From Balamuthia mandrillaris (Eukaryota): a stretch of DNA of 64,000 bases. The stretch covers positions 1-64,000 of the forward strand of contig JAVKOQ020000030.1 of assembly GCA_031835245.2 (NCBI GenBank), given 5' to 3'. The position numbers were made by a program, and so were the translations under genes. Shown piece by piece: positions 51,740 to 63,598 of the stretch. The notes beneath the pieces are model-generated. The model saw nothing but the letters and a program-made list of their open reading frames with translations, ran no database searches and had not been told where the DNA came from. Position 1 is the first letter of the stretch, and the number at the start of each line of letters is the position of its first letter.

Positions 51740-54700
51740 ATGTACGACGAACAATTTGAGGAAGAAGATGATGGTATCATGGAAGAGGAATGGCAGATCA
51801 AGTATGAAGACTTGGAGTTTGGAGAGCTGGTAGGCAAAGGCAGCTTCGGTCGTGTGTACAAAGGAGAATATTTTGGCACAGAAGTGGCCATCAAGCAAGT
51901 GCTTATGATGGGCATGGATCCAGAACTCACCAAAAAATATGTCAGAAGAGAAGTGAATATGCTCCGGTACGTTACCGCTTCCCTGTTTTGCTTTTCTTCT
52001 CATTTTTTGCTTACTTTCGCTTTGTTTAGGGTTGCTCGACATCCGAATATAGTCAGCTTTATGGGCTATTGCAATCGAACAGACGCAAACGAGCTATATA
52101 TCATCACGGAATGGTACGTTTTGTTAGTGGAGGTTACCGTCAGAGTGGTTCTTCTAACTTTGAGTGTGGTTTACAACAAAGGATTGGAGGAGGTAACCTT
52201 ACGCAGTTGCTCCGAGACCCGTCAATTTCTGTTCCATGGCGCCGAAGGGTGCTGTTGGCCAGAGACGTGGCTCTGTCTGTTTTGTTTTTGCATCAAAAAG
52301 GACTTATTCATAGGTATACTTTTCGCCGTTGCCCACTTCTTTTATCGTAGCTTACAAGCAACTGTAACACGCGAACAGAGACCTTAAATCGGAAAACCTG
52401 TTGCTGACAGAGAATTATAACGTTAAACTTTGCGGTACCGACTATCTTCTTCTTCCTGTTCTTCTTCTTTCTCTTCTTGTCCTGTTGTTTTTTTCATCTT
52501 TTCGATGTTGAACTTGTTTTACCTTTGGCAAAAAGATTTCGGTTTCGCAAGAAAGATGAGAGAAACGGCAGAGGCAGGAGCATTCATGACGCTGGGAGGC
52601 ACAGAGGACTACATGGCCCCCGAATGCATTTTAGGAGAGGAGTACGACAACACGTGCGATGTTTTCAGCTTCGGCGTTGTGCTTTGGGGTAAGCTTGAAC
52701 AATACTTCTTCCTGTCGTTCATTCCTTTACGCTCATCTGTTTGCTACCACAACAACAACAATAACAAAAAAACAAAAACAAAAACAAAAACAAAAACAAA
52801 ACAAAGAGCTCATCCGAAGAGAGAAACCACCTAAACGAGGACCTCCGACAGCTTTTGGCTTTGAACATCGGAAAAAGCTGAAAGAACTGATACCACCCGA
52901 TTGTTCGTACTCTCCGCCCCTTCTCTCTCACTCTCACTCTCCTCCCTTGTGTTGATGTTGTTTCTGTCTCTTTGGCAACTTTGAGACATGCGAAGTCCTC
53001 TTCTTCTATTTAACAAAACATGTCGTACAGGTCCATCTGCATTGGGTGCTTTATTCTTGGACTGTGTAGAATACTATCCAGAAGGAAGGCCCTCCTTCAA
53101 AGAGATTCTTACTCGGCTGAAAGACCTACTACAGGAGCTTCCTAGAGACGAAACGAACACAGTCGCTCCTTCTCTTCCTCAAAACAAACTACGAACCAAC
53201 TCCCCATCCAACGAAGAAACAGGCAACAACAAAAATGAGGAGTTAGGAGGACTCGTTTCAGGATCAGTTTTGAAGCAAAGGTGGGCGCAAACTGCGGAAA
53301 CCCAACCTGTTTCCCCTCCTTCTGGAGAGACGGAAAACGAGGCGTCGGCACCACAAAGAGGTAGAAACACCCACTCTACATGTTCACCAGCCGCGTCGTC
53401 ACCTGCAGTTGTTCCACGTAAAGAGGTCTTTCCAGAAATGCTGCCTCCCACTCCCAACACCTTCTCTTCCTCTCAACAACAACACCTTCCAGCAAGCAAC
53501 AACAACTTGTTGAACACGTTTGATAGTTTGCCTCCGCCCGACTTTCTTCCTCCTCCTGATATGCCCCCTCCGCCAATCCCTGTTCCCTCCGGTGAAGAAG
53601 AACAACAACTGGAAACCTCACTTGAGGCGGATTCTGCGGATGACTATAGCCCTTCCTTGGATGGCTCATCCTTGAGAAGCAACATTAGTGGGGAAAACCC
53701 ATTACCACCCGAGGACACCTCCGCTGCTCCAAATCGCAATAGCAACCCCCATGTTGTTGGCTACCATCATCAACACCGCCCGCTATCTCAACCTCCTCCT
53801 CTTACGCAGGCTGCTGGCGCAAGCGGAGGAGCCGCAAGACCTGTTTCGCAAGGTTTCAAGAGCGCTGCGAACTTCGCAGCTGCTAGACCAGCCTCCAAAC
53901 CCGCTCCCCCCACTCTGAAACCCAACAGCCTCAGCCATGCTGCTTCTACCTCTAACACTCCAACCACCAACCACAACGCCATGGCGCCATCTGCCCCTGC
54001 TTTACTTCCCCCTTCCCAATCCCATCAACCGGTCCAACCTCCTCTTCAACAACAGCAACATCAACAACATCAACTGCCGCAACAACAACAGCCGATCCTG
54101 TATCAACCACCTCCCTCCACTCACCCTTCTCCTCATCATCATCATCAACCACAGCTACAACAACATCAACAGCAGCAGCAACCCCAACAATATCATCTAC
54201 ATCCTTCACTATCAGCCAGCACTAGTGGCGCTGGAGGACGATCTCCAATTCCTGTCAATATGAGGCCACGACCTCTTTCCACCGACAACCTTCGCCAATA
54301 CGCTGTTACTCCTCCATTTTCCTATCAACCACAACAACCCCAACAATATCAGCCGCAGCAACAGCAAGCAGCCGTCGCTGCTGGCCTTGCCAGAGCAGCA
54401 ACAGCCTCTAATCTAAGGTTTGGTGTGGGTGGCGGAGACGCAGGCGTTTCTTACAATGGCACTCAGCCTCCTTTCCAAGGACGAGCTACAGCAGTGGGTG
54501 CACATGTGATGACAGTAGGGCGAAGGCCTACCTCTCCGGAACAGCAGATGCTGGCAGGCATTGCGTCTATGGTGAGCAATAATGACACGAACAGGTTACG
54601 TGCTCCAGAACATGGACGTTCGGCCTCTTGGGGAGGACGAGGAATGCCAATGCCTGGCGGCGGTCCTCCTCATTCTTCTCTTCCTTCATTTATGGGTCCT

Positions 54701-55555
54701 CCTTCTGCTCTTCCTACATCCTCCCCAAGCGAACAAGCCTCGGCGATGGCTTCTGCTACTTCTTCTGATCCTTCTGGCAAAGTTGGAGAGATCAAAACTC
54801 TTCGCAAGTTCAGTATGAGTCAGCGGAGCATGGCAGGAAATGGCATGAGCGCCGCTGAGGTTGAGAACATGCTCCTTCAGCAAGGGCAGACCAAGACTTT
54901 GGATGCCTCCAAGCTCACCCCTGTCATGGTGCGCAAGAACGCCAACGAGAAGGCAAAGAGGAAGAGCAAGCAGAGTCCTTGGGCTGACGAACACGAAGAA
55001 CAAGATGTGCTATGCGAGACGGTCTCGAAGAAGGGTAGCAAAGGAAAGTACGTGCATTTTCGTGTCAGGATGCAAAACCATGCTAGATTGCCCGGCGATA
55101 ACGTTGCCGTTATGTGTACGTCTCTCTTCTCCAGTAGCTTCTCTCCTGCATTTCATTCTCGTTAGCTTTCCGGGTGTCTATTCTTTGATCTCTCTCCTCT
55201 CTCTCCTTCACTGACGTCGTTCCGTTCTGTGGTCTTGTTCTTTCACTTTGAAAAAGTGGACATAGCAAACCAGCACTCCAAAGCAATAACCGAAGTACGT
55301 TTGCAGCTGGTCAAAACCAACACGTTTGGCAAAAAGAAGTATCAAACGGTGGTCATCGAGCCCAGACCCGTCTGCGCCGATAGCTTTCCTCTCCTTCAGG
55401 ACAACAAGTTCTGTGGGCAAACCAACGTCAACCTGCCGCGAGACCTGCTCCCTTGTGCTGATACTCTTGCTTACACTTTAGTGGTGGAATGCCTGATACA
55501 GGGCAGCAGCAAAACGTTAAAAGTGGAACTGCCATTAGTTGTGAATAATTTTTAA
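51740..55555 (+). CDS. TKL (LISK-like) protein kinase with a long disordered linker and a C-terminal arrestin-C-like beta domain
   Basis: GKGSFGRV, VAIK, HRDLKSEN, DFGFAR, GTEDYMAPE, DVFSFG; C-terminal PGDNVAV..IANQHSKAI..YTLVVE..VELPLVV. Confidence 0.85.
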
Positions 55556-55744
55556 AACCGTTCGAAAAACGTCCGTCTTATTCGTTGTGCCTTGGTCTCT
55601 CACCCATTCATAAAACTTTGAAGGAGGAGAAGGAAGCAAAACAGTTCAGCGAAACAACCAGCAGACCACAGTAGAAACTCTTCAACACCAACTCGGTGTA
55701 TAGATACCGTATCCCGAACGAAAGAACACTGTTCAAAAAAAAAA

Positions 55745-55921
55745 ACCTTTGTGGTGCAGTTGGCAGCATGCCGCGTATCTGTTTCCCCCATTGTTTCATG
55801 CTTTACTCCTTCTTTCTCCTCTGACGGTGATGAAGAGGGAGCCGCTAATGGGGGGAAACCATGTCTTGAGGCAAAAACTTGGCAGTGCGCGGAGACTCGG
55901 GTTCGAATCCCGACGAAGGTG
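55745..55921 (+). ncRNA. tRNA-like Pol III RNA with a 112-nt insertion at the anticodon loop
   Basis: Acceptor ACCTTTG/CGAAGGT, D-arm GTGC-AGTTGGCA-GCAT, stem CCGCG/CGCGG, variable loop AGAC, T-arm TCGGG-TTCGAAT-CCCGA, discriminator G, TTTT terminator at 55925. Confidence 0.8.
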
Positions 55922-56288
55922 GTCTTTTACTTTTTTTTCTTTGCACACTGGATGTGTGCTCAATTGGTCAGGATAAAAAAAATAGCAATGAAAAAAATAA
56001 AAGATAATTCGTGACGTCATGAATACAGGCAGGCAATCGGGGAGAAAACCGGCTGACAATAGCCTGAAAACACGAAAAATTCCCCGAATGACGCCATTCC
56101 TTTCGTCTGCGCCGCTCCACGCGGAACGGAGAACACTCTAATTGAGAAGGCGTGTAACACCAAGCACAGAGGGATAAATACACACTAAGTGGGGTATTGG
56201 TTTGTTTTTTGTTTCATCAAACACACACAACAAACTATCTCGACCCCCCCTTGTTTTTTTAAACGCACCACACACGCACATATACAAA

Positions 56289-56892
56289 ATGGCGACAAGC
56301 ATGAAGGCCTGGGCTCAAACCGAATGGGGAACCGGAGAGGGAAAGTTGAAGGTTGCGGAGGTGGAGCGACCGGCTGCTGGTCCTCGTGATCTTATCGTCA
56401 AGATTAACGCCGTCGCTACCAATCCTGTATGTTTTTTGCTCTTTCCCCTCTCTCGCTTCTCCTCTTCTCTTCGTCGTTCTCTTCGTCGTTCTCTTCTCTT
56501 CGTCGTTCTCTTCGTCGTTCTCTTCTCTTCGTCGTTCTCTTCGTCGTTCTCTTCTCTTCGTCGTTCTCTTCTCTTCTCTTCTCTTCTCTTCTCTTCTCTT
56601 CTCTTCGTCGTTCTCTTCTCTTCGTCGTTCTCTTCTCTTCTCTTCTCTTCGTCGTTCTCTTCGTCGTTCTCTTCTCTTCGTCGTTCTCTTCTCTTCGTCG
56701 TTCTCTTCTCTTCTCTTCTCTTCTCTTCTCTTCTTCTTCTCTTCTTCTCTTCTCTTCTCTTCTCTTCTCTTCTCTTCTCTTCTCTTCTCTTCTCTTCTCT
56801 TCTCTTCTCTTCTCTTCTCTTCTCTATCTTTGTGATGCTCGTTCTATTCTTTTCTCTTTCTTTGTACTCTTCTCTTCTATTGTCACACTTCT

Positions 56893-56923
<31 letters not shown>

Positions 56924-58221
56924 GTGATGCTCACTGTTACTGCATTGCGCGCACACACTAAAAAAAAAGGTGGACTACAAGAGGCAAGAAAACTTTGGCA
57001 ACAAGGACGGAAAGCCGGCCAAGCCTCTCATCGTTGGCTGGGACGCAGCTGGCGTTGTGGAAGAAGTCGGCTCCGAAGTGCAGTTCTACAAGGTCGGTGA
57101 CGAGGTCTACTTTGCCGGCAATGTTCTTGACCAAGGTACTTTCTTTCTTTCTCGTCACTCAGTTGCTTCTTTCTTCCTCTCTAACTCTTAAAAAAAAGGC
57201 TGTTTCGCCGAGTACACCAAGATCGACGAGCGACTGGTTGGTGCCAAGCCCACCAACCTTAGCTTCGAGGAAGCTGCTGCCATCCCCCTCGTCTCTCTCA
57301 CAGCCTGGGAAGCTCTTATCGAGTCTGCTGGTTCGTTTATATCCCCGTTCTTCGTTCGCGTTGTTCTCATCCTTGTTGTTCTTTTCATTTTACTGATGCT
57401 CGTCTATCTTCTTTTCAGGACTGAACATCCCTTTGGCCACTCCCGAAAACCCCAACCCCAACGAAGGAAAGACACTCCTCATCACTGCTGGCGCCGGCGG
57501 TGTTGGCTCCTTTGCCACTCAGCTCGCTAAGAAGCTTCTTAACATCCGAGTCATTGCCACTGCTTCCAGAGAAGGTTTCGTTTCGTTTCACTTCCATTTG
57601 CTCTTATTTGCTTTTGTTCTTTGCTAAATGTTTATTTGTTTGTTTGTTGCTTGCAGATTCTGCCGCTTATTGCAAAAAGATGGGAGCAGACGATATCATC
57701 GACCACACAAAGGACTTTAAGGAGGAGTTGACAAGAATCGGTCTCGAGGGTGTCGATTACATCCTCAACTGCACTGAACCCTCCAAGAACATGGCTCAAA
57801 TCAGCAACATTATTAAACCCTTGGGCAAGATTTGTCTGATCAACGGCGACAATGCTTTGGACGTCCAAGCTATCTTTGTACGTGTTCTCAACTTCTTTAT
57901 CTTTCTCTCTTTATCGCCCCTGCACCTCTTCTTTGCTGCTTGTTTTCTTAGCTGTATTCTTATTTTATTTCCTTTGGCAAACAGTTGAAGAGAGTGACCC
58001 TTGTGTTTGAGTTCATGAGCTCGAGGCCATTGTTCGGCGTGGAGACGGAAAAGCAGAGAGATATTCTCAACCAAGTGAAAGAGCTGTTGGAGAACGGTAC
58101 TCTCGTGACAACGGCCAACACCTTCTTGAAATGGAATCAACTGGAGGAAGCACTCGCACTTCAGGTCTCTGGCAAGGCTATCGGCAAGACCGTTCTCACT
58201 GTTGATTGGACCCAAGTGTAA
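56289..58221 (+). CDS. Zinc-type alcohol dehydrogenase-like / quinone oxidoreductase (MDR family)
   Basis: [59 protein letters not shown]. Confidence 0.93.
56455..56825 (+). repeat. Intronic compound microsatellite (CTCTT)n/(TCGTCGTTCTCT)n; related tracts at ~61480-61825 (opposite strand) and ~62060-62135
   Basis: Read directly. Confidence 0.9.
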
Positions 58222-58405
58222 AAGCAAATACAGTCTTTCGTTTTATTTATCTGCTTGGTATCCTCTCTGATGTCTTCTTCCCTTTTTTCTCCGTTTGTGG
58301 ATAAAGTCGTCTTGTTGTTAGCGCCCTCTATTTGTCTGTTGTTCTCTCTCTCTCTCTCTCTCTCTCTCCTTTCACTCTTCCTCTTGTTAGTTTAACGCGA
58401 AGGTC

Positions 58406-59674
58406 TCACTTGAACAGATCACCAGGGATGTCCACGAGCACAGTGAATCGTCCTTCTTCCGAACAGCTAAAGTTGTGAACCCTTCCTCCTTGTCCCACTG
58501 GTATTTCCGTTTCGTTGGCTAAACGTGCACTGAACACCAGCTTCCTGTTTCTATAGACTTGTAACTGGATGCCAGCAAGGGACACCTTGTTCACCGCGGC
58601 TGTGGGCGATTGGAACTGATCGACCAAAAAGGCTAAGCTAAGCTTTCCTCCTTGCTTCTCAAGGGCGATATGCCAGGTGAGTTTGTTGTGTTGCCAGGAA
58701 GGAAACCGATGTAGGCCGCTGGGAGCGTTGGTGGTATGCTTGAAAGGGTGGTCCACCTCCATCCTGTAAGCCAAGATATGCTGTTTGAGCGCCTCTTTCA
58801 TCTGGTTGTCCGTGAAGAGGCCAGAAGCATCCACCTTCTCGGCCAGCTCACGGGCGGACAAAAGTTGCAAGACGATGCCCTTCAACACTCTCCTCTTGTC
58901 CTCTGCTGTTCTATGCTCCACTTGGCACCAACGACGCACCGCTTCAAACACTTGAATCTCGGCTAGCCCTTCCAGATCGCCATCCAATATCGCCAACACC
59001 GCATCCACACTCAACGCCAACCACTGCGTTTCCACTTCCGTTCGCGTCTCCTCCTCCTTCTCCTCGAACAACAATAACTCGGATGCATGCTTGCTGATGT
59101 ATCTCACCAAAACGGGGATCAAGTCTCGCGTTGATACAATGCTTTCCTCCAACAGCCAGAAGATGTTTTGCTTTGTGAGGTACTTTGCCGTGAGATACAT
59201 GCCTATGAGTGCTTTGGCTTGAGGAACCATGAACTGGTCGGCCACCGCAAAGATGTCTATCAAGTGACGGCACACCACATCCTTGTCCTTGGTGGCCTCC
59301 GTAGCGGTTTCAGGTAGTTTGTTGGTGTGGAGGAGGTGGAGAAAGTCGCGGAAGGTTTCAGGTTGCACCTCCGGAAGCCTCACCACCGTCATGGCAGGTT
59401 CGCCGTCAAAGATGGAGGGAGTGGGTAGACCCTCCTTAAAGGGACCCATGAACATGGCTTGAAAGACAGGGCTGCGCAGCGAATGGAACATGCGGGATGC
59501 GTGCACGGGGACAGCACCCGGTCCAACGAGGAACCTCACGTCTGCCAGCGATGTGTTGTCCACCATCCGGGCCAACGATTGCAGCAGGTCTTCCCGCCAC
59601 CGTTGCAACTCGTTCACCGTCGCCCCAAACTCCTCCGGCAGCTTTCTTTTGTTTGTTGGGGTGTTGCTGCTCAT
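58406..59674 (-). CDS. BTB/POZ-BACK domain protein (paralog 1, intronless)
   Basis: LADVRFLVG..VHASRMFHSLRSPVFQAMF, LPEVQPETF, EIQVFEAVRRW. Confidence 0.9.
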   Translation of the reverse strand: MSSNTPTNKRKLPEEFGATVNELQRWREDLLQSLARMVDNTSLADVRFLVGPGAVPVHASRMFHSLRSPVFQAMFMGPFKEGLPTPSIFDGEPAMTVVRLPEVQPETFRDFLHLLHTNKLPETATEATKDKDVVCRHLIDIFAVADQFMVPQAKALIGMYLTAKYLTKQNIFWLLEESIVSTRDLIPVLVRYISKHASELLLFEEKEEETRTEVETQWLALSVDAVLAILDGDLEGLAEIQVFEAVRRWCQVEHRTAEDKRRVLKGIVLQLLSARELAEKVDASGLFTDNQMKEALKQHILAYRMEVDHPFKHTTNAPSGLHRFPSWQHNKLTWHIALEKQGGKLSLAFLVDQFQSPTAAVNKVSLAGIQLQVYRNRKLVFSARLANETEIPVGQGGRVHNFSCSEEGRFTVLVDIPGDLFK

Positions 59675-60074
59675 TTGTCTCTCCTCCTTTCAAGCTCGGG
59701 TGTTGTGTTCAACCAGGGAGCCAACGCGTCTTATTAGCTTTCAACGAATAGGTATGATAAACGCTTTTCAGCTCTTCTCTATATGTGGAAGAAAACGGAG
59801 CCTCCACCCGGAGGCATCCGACCCGTCCCCGGAAGCTACCCAAAAAACAGGAAAAACTCGTTTTGTCCGGCCCCTGACCTCATCCGGTAACCCTTCCTAT
59901 GGCGAAACGACACCCAACGGGTGCTTACCCAGGAAGCAGAGGAGGAGCTCCTGCGCTAAAGCCACCCTCCTACACCACCATCTCTGCTTACCATTCGGGT
60001 CGTGAAGTCTGGACAGAGGGAGGCCTGTTCCTCATCGCCTGTTTGACACTCGCTTTATAGTTTTAAAACAAATG

Positions 60075-61403
60075 TTACCCTTGGAAGTGATCACAAGGAA
60101 TAATAACAAGAACAGTGTACTTATACCCATGCGCAGGGCATTCCAAGGGGAATCTTCTTACTCCAGGAACCACTGTCATGCCCGAGATTATTCCTCTACA
60201 AACTGAGACCCGATTGCGGAACACTTGCACCTTGATACCAGCAAGCGACACTTTGTTTTCAATGGAAAACAACAGCTGTTTGATGGTGAACTGAAAGCTC
60301 AAGCTTCCGTTCTCCTGTTTCTCAAGGGTGATGCACCACGTGGCGTTGTTATGTTGTAAGGGTTGAAACTGGTGTTGTTTTGCACCATCGTAGAAAGGGG
60401 AATAGGCCTCCATACGGTAAGCAGTTGCGGCAGTCTTGTATGCAACCTTCATCTGTTTGTCATTGAAGAGGTTTGTAGGATCTACCTTCTCGGCTAGTTG
60501 ATGCGGGGATATGAGTTCCATTTGAACGCATGTCAATACTTGGCGCTGGTCCGTAAGCGATCGCTTGTCCACTTGGCACCATCGTCGCACCGCTTCGAAC
60601 ACCTCCACTTCTTCCAACCCCACTAGGTCGGTTTCTAACACTTGAAGCACCGCTCCGGCGCTCAACGCCAACCATTGCTCTTCCACTTCCTTTATTGCAC
60701 CTTCCACATCGAAACGCAACAAACTACGTGCGTGCCAGCTGATGTAGCGCAACAGCTCCTTTGTCAGGTCCGGAGCGTCCGCGATGCACCCCGCCAGCAG
60801 CAGGAAGGCGGTCTTTTTAGTAAGACAGTTCTCCGTAATAACACGTGCGATGAGGGTCTGTGCTCGAGAGACCATGAAATAGGTGGCCATGCGGTACAAG
60901 CTAAACATGTCTTGGCAAAAGTGTTCGTCAATATCTGCCTCGATCCGTTCTGGGGGAAGTTGGTTGGTATGCACGATGAGAAGAAACTGCCGAAAGATGA
61001 GTGGTTGGGCGTCTGGCAGGCGCACTTCAATTCTCACCCCAAAAGCGGACGAAGTGGAGGGTACAGAAGAAGAAGAAGAACAGGAAGAGGGTGCGTGCTG
61101 CAAAGCAGGGTCAGTAGAAGTTGAACCGTCTGCAGGCTCGTGAGGTTCTTTGGAGGGTCTTGCCAACATGGCACGAAACACAGGAGAGCGCAAGGAAAGA
61201 AACATGCGACAGGCATGAACCGGAACGGCGTCCGGGCCGACAAGAAACCGTACGTCCGCCAGCTGCTCGTTGTCCACCATGTTGGCCAACGTTTGCAAAA
61301 GCTCTGCATTGTCGTCATCCTCCCATTCCTCTGCTTCCGTCTCGCTGGACTCTTCAGAATCGGGTACTTCGTCCAGCTTTCGTTTTGTTGCCTTCCTTTC
61401 CAT
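60075..61403 (-). CDS. BTB/POZ-BACK domain protein (paralog 2, intronless)
   Basis: LADVRFLVG..SLRSPVFRAML, EVEVFEAVRRW; colinear with paralog 1. Confidence 0.9.
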   Translation of the reverse strand: MERKATKRKLDEVPDSEESSETEAEEWEDDDNAELLQTLANMVDNEQLADVRFLVGPDAVPVHACRMFLSLRSPVFRAMLARPSKEPHEPADGSTSTDPALQHAPSSCSSSSSVPSTSSAFGVRIEVRLPDAQPLIFRQFLLIVHTNQLPPERIEADIDEHFCQDMFSLYRMATYFMVSRAQTLIARVITENCLTKKTAFLLLAGCIADAPDLTKELLRYISWHARSLLRFDVEGAIKEVEEQWLALSAGAVLQVLETDLVGLEEVEVFEAVRRWCQVDKRSLTDQRQVLTCVQMELISPHQLAEKVDPTNLFNDKQMKVAYKTAATAYRMEAYSPFYDGAKQHQFQPLQHNNATWCITLEKQENGSLSFQFTIKQLLFSIENKVSLAGIKVQVFRNRVSVCRGIISGMTVVPGVRRFPLECPAHGYKYTVLVIIPCDHFQG

Positions 61404-62194
61404 GCTTCGTTGGTTGTTTGTGGGTCATACCCCTTAAAAAGCAAACCTATCTCGGAAATATCCCGATGAAGGAGGGAAGGGAGGAGAGGAGAGGAGAGGA
61501 GAGGAGAGGAGAGGAGAGGAGAGGAGAGGAGAGGAGAGGAGAGGAGAGAGAGAGAGGAGAGGAGAGGGAGAGCAGAGGAGAGGAGAGCAGAGGAGAGGAG
61601 AGGGAGAGGAGAGGAGAGGAGAGGAGAGGAGAGCAGAGGAGAGCAGAGGAGAGGAGAGGAGAGCAGAGGAGAGCAGAGGAGAGCAGAGGAGAGCAGAGGA
61701 GAGCAGAGGAGAAGAGAAGAGAACGACGAAGAGAAGAGAACGACGAAGAGAACGATGAAGAGAACGATGAAGAGAACGATGAAGAGAACGATGAAGAAAA
61801 GAGAAGAGAACGATGAAGAGAACAGAAGGGCAGAGATTGATTGTTCAGTCAAACAAGTCACAAGGAATGTCTGGTACCACCACTGTGCAATGATTTAGAA
61901 CAAGAAGGAGGTAATGTATGTTGCGGTGGACGAATGAGGCCCTGACAAGGAATTTGGGAAGTGGCCCCAGGGAGTGTTCTGCCGCTTTGATAAAGGTCTA
62001 CCAACTCGAAGCATACTTGCTCTTTCTTAAGAGGTTCTTTTTGGCGTTTCCCGCCCTCTTCTTTTCTCTTCTCTTCTGTTCTCTTCATCGTTCTCTTCTC
62101 TTCTCTTCACTACACTTCATCGTTCTCTTCTCCACATATTAGACCTTTTATGCTCCCCTTCAGAGCGCAGGAGATGGTTGAAAGCAATTGAACT

Positions 62195-63172
62195 TTAATC
62201 TTCGATTGTGGTGAAGAGGGTTCTGGGCATATGCACTAGAACGGAGAACAGGCCATCAGAAACACACTTGAACTTTTCCTTTACGCCTTCGCTGACAAAC
62301 GCATCATCCGGAGCATATTGTGCTGAGAACACGCGTGTCCTATACCGGTAAACGGCTACGTGGACAGGTGGCCCAGCAGAAGGGCGTATGTCCTCTGTGC
62401 CAGTAGCGAAACGGAGAGCAAGCTTTGGGCCTCGTGTCTTGAGGGATATGAGCCACCTGAGCAAATCATGTTGCTGGGGGTAGAAGTAAAACTTGTCCGT
62501 GTGGGCGAACGGGTCCTGCTGCACCATCCTGTACTTTGTTGCTGCCTCCTTGTAAGCCTCCTTCATCTGTGCCTCCGAAAACAGTCCCGTGGGTTCTACC
62601 ACTTCAGCAAGCTCCAATCCACTGATGAGAGGCAACTTGATGCGACCTAGCACCTTCTTCAAACATCCTCGCTCGAATCCCTCTTGTTGTGCCTGATGAA
62701 GATACCAACGGTGAACCGCTTCAAAGACTTGCAGCTCTGACACCCCATCCAGTTTCGACTTCAGCACCTGAGACACTGCTTCTGGGCTTAACGACAGCCA
62801 TTGTTGTTCTACCTGAGCATGATGTTGGCCTAACAGTTTCGCTCCACGAGTGTCCATGAAGCGACGCAGAGTATACAGAACTGCAGGGGCATGTTGGTGC
62901 CGTGGGGGAGTTGAATGTAGGAAGTGCCTCTTTGAAGGAACCTTTCAGCATAGCACGGAAAACCGGAGAGCGCAGTGAAAGGATCAAATGACAGGCAAGC
63001 ACAGGGATCTTCTCCCGGCCTACGAGGAAGCGCACGTCCGCCAACTCAGGGTTGTCCACCAGCTGGGTGAGCGCTCGGCAGAGCGAGCGACCGCCTTGCT
63101 CTCCTTCGCGGTTGCTGGTCTCGTCCGCTGCATTCGTTTCACTCTTCTTTTCTTGGCGGCCATTTGTTCCAT
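62195..63172 (-). pseudogene. BTB/POZ-BACK paralog 3, frameshifted with an internal deletion
   Basis: BTB N-half (LADVRFLVG..RSPVFRAML) and BACK half (ELQVFEAVHRW) lie in different frames with the middle of the BTB missing (~62890). Another frameshift just after MEQMAAKKR. Confidence 0.75.
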
Positions 63173-63205
63173 TTTCCTTCCTGGCTTTCGTGCGTGCCTG
63201 TGTTT

Positions 63206-63263
<58 letters not shown>

Positions 63264-63598
63264 CTCTCGCAAACCCAACTGGCAACTTGGCGAAAAGTTT
63301 TTCTGCAGAATTTTGGTCAATTGCCACGTCGACACAAATGCTGCCCTTGCCTATTGCTCTCTGCTGTTGAAAATATCACACGTATTTTTAAGGGGGCTTA
63401 TCCCTAATGACGTGGCGCTGACGTGGAATATCGTGTCGTCCTGAAATTTTGCTTAAGACGCTGTAAGACGCTGTTCTGTGTGTGTTTCTCTGCTAAAATC
63501 AGCGTCGACACCACATTGTGTGGGTTTCCCTGCTAAATGCCACCCTTCAAGAAGGTGGCATTTTTTGCGGACAGGGGCAACGAAAAACAAAACTGAAG

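Noticed and set aside
55745..55921. tmRNA or telomerase RNA
   Set aside because: It has a full D-stem, no G3:U70 and no tag ORF, and it contains no CTAACCCT-type template.
59780..60010. GC-rich segment with short CCGG-containing motifs between BTB paralogs
   Set aside because: No clear periodicity, stable structure or credible ORF that I could support.
1575..62142. Many ORF-track entries made of poly-[16 protein letters not shown] or ERER
   Set aside because: They are antisense or alternate-frame readings of microsatellites and low-complexity exons.
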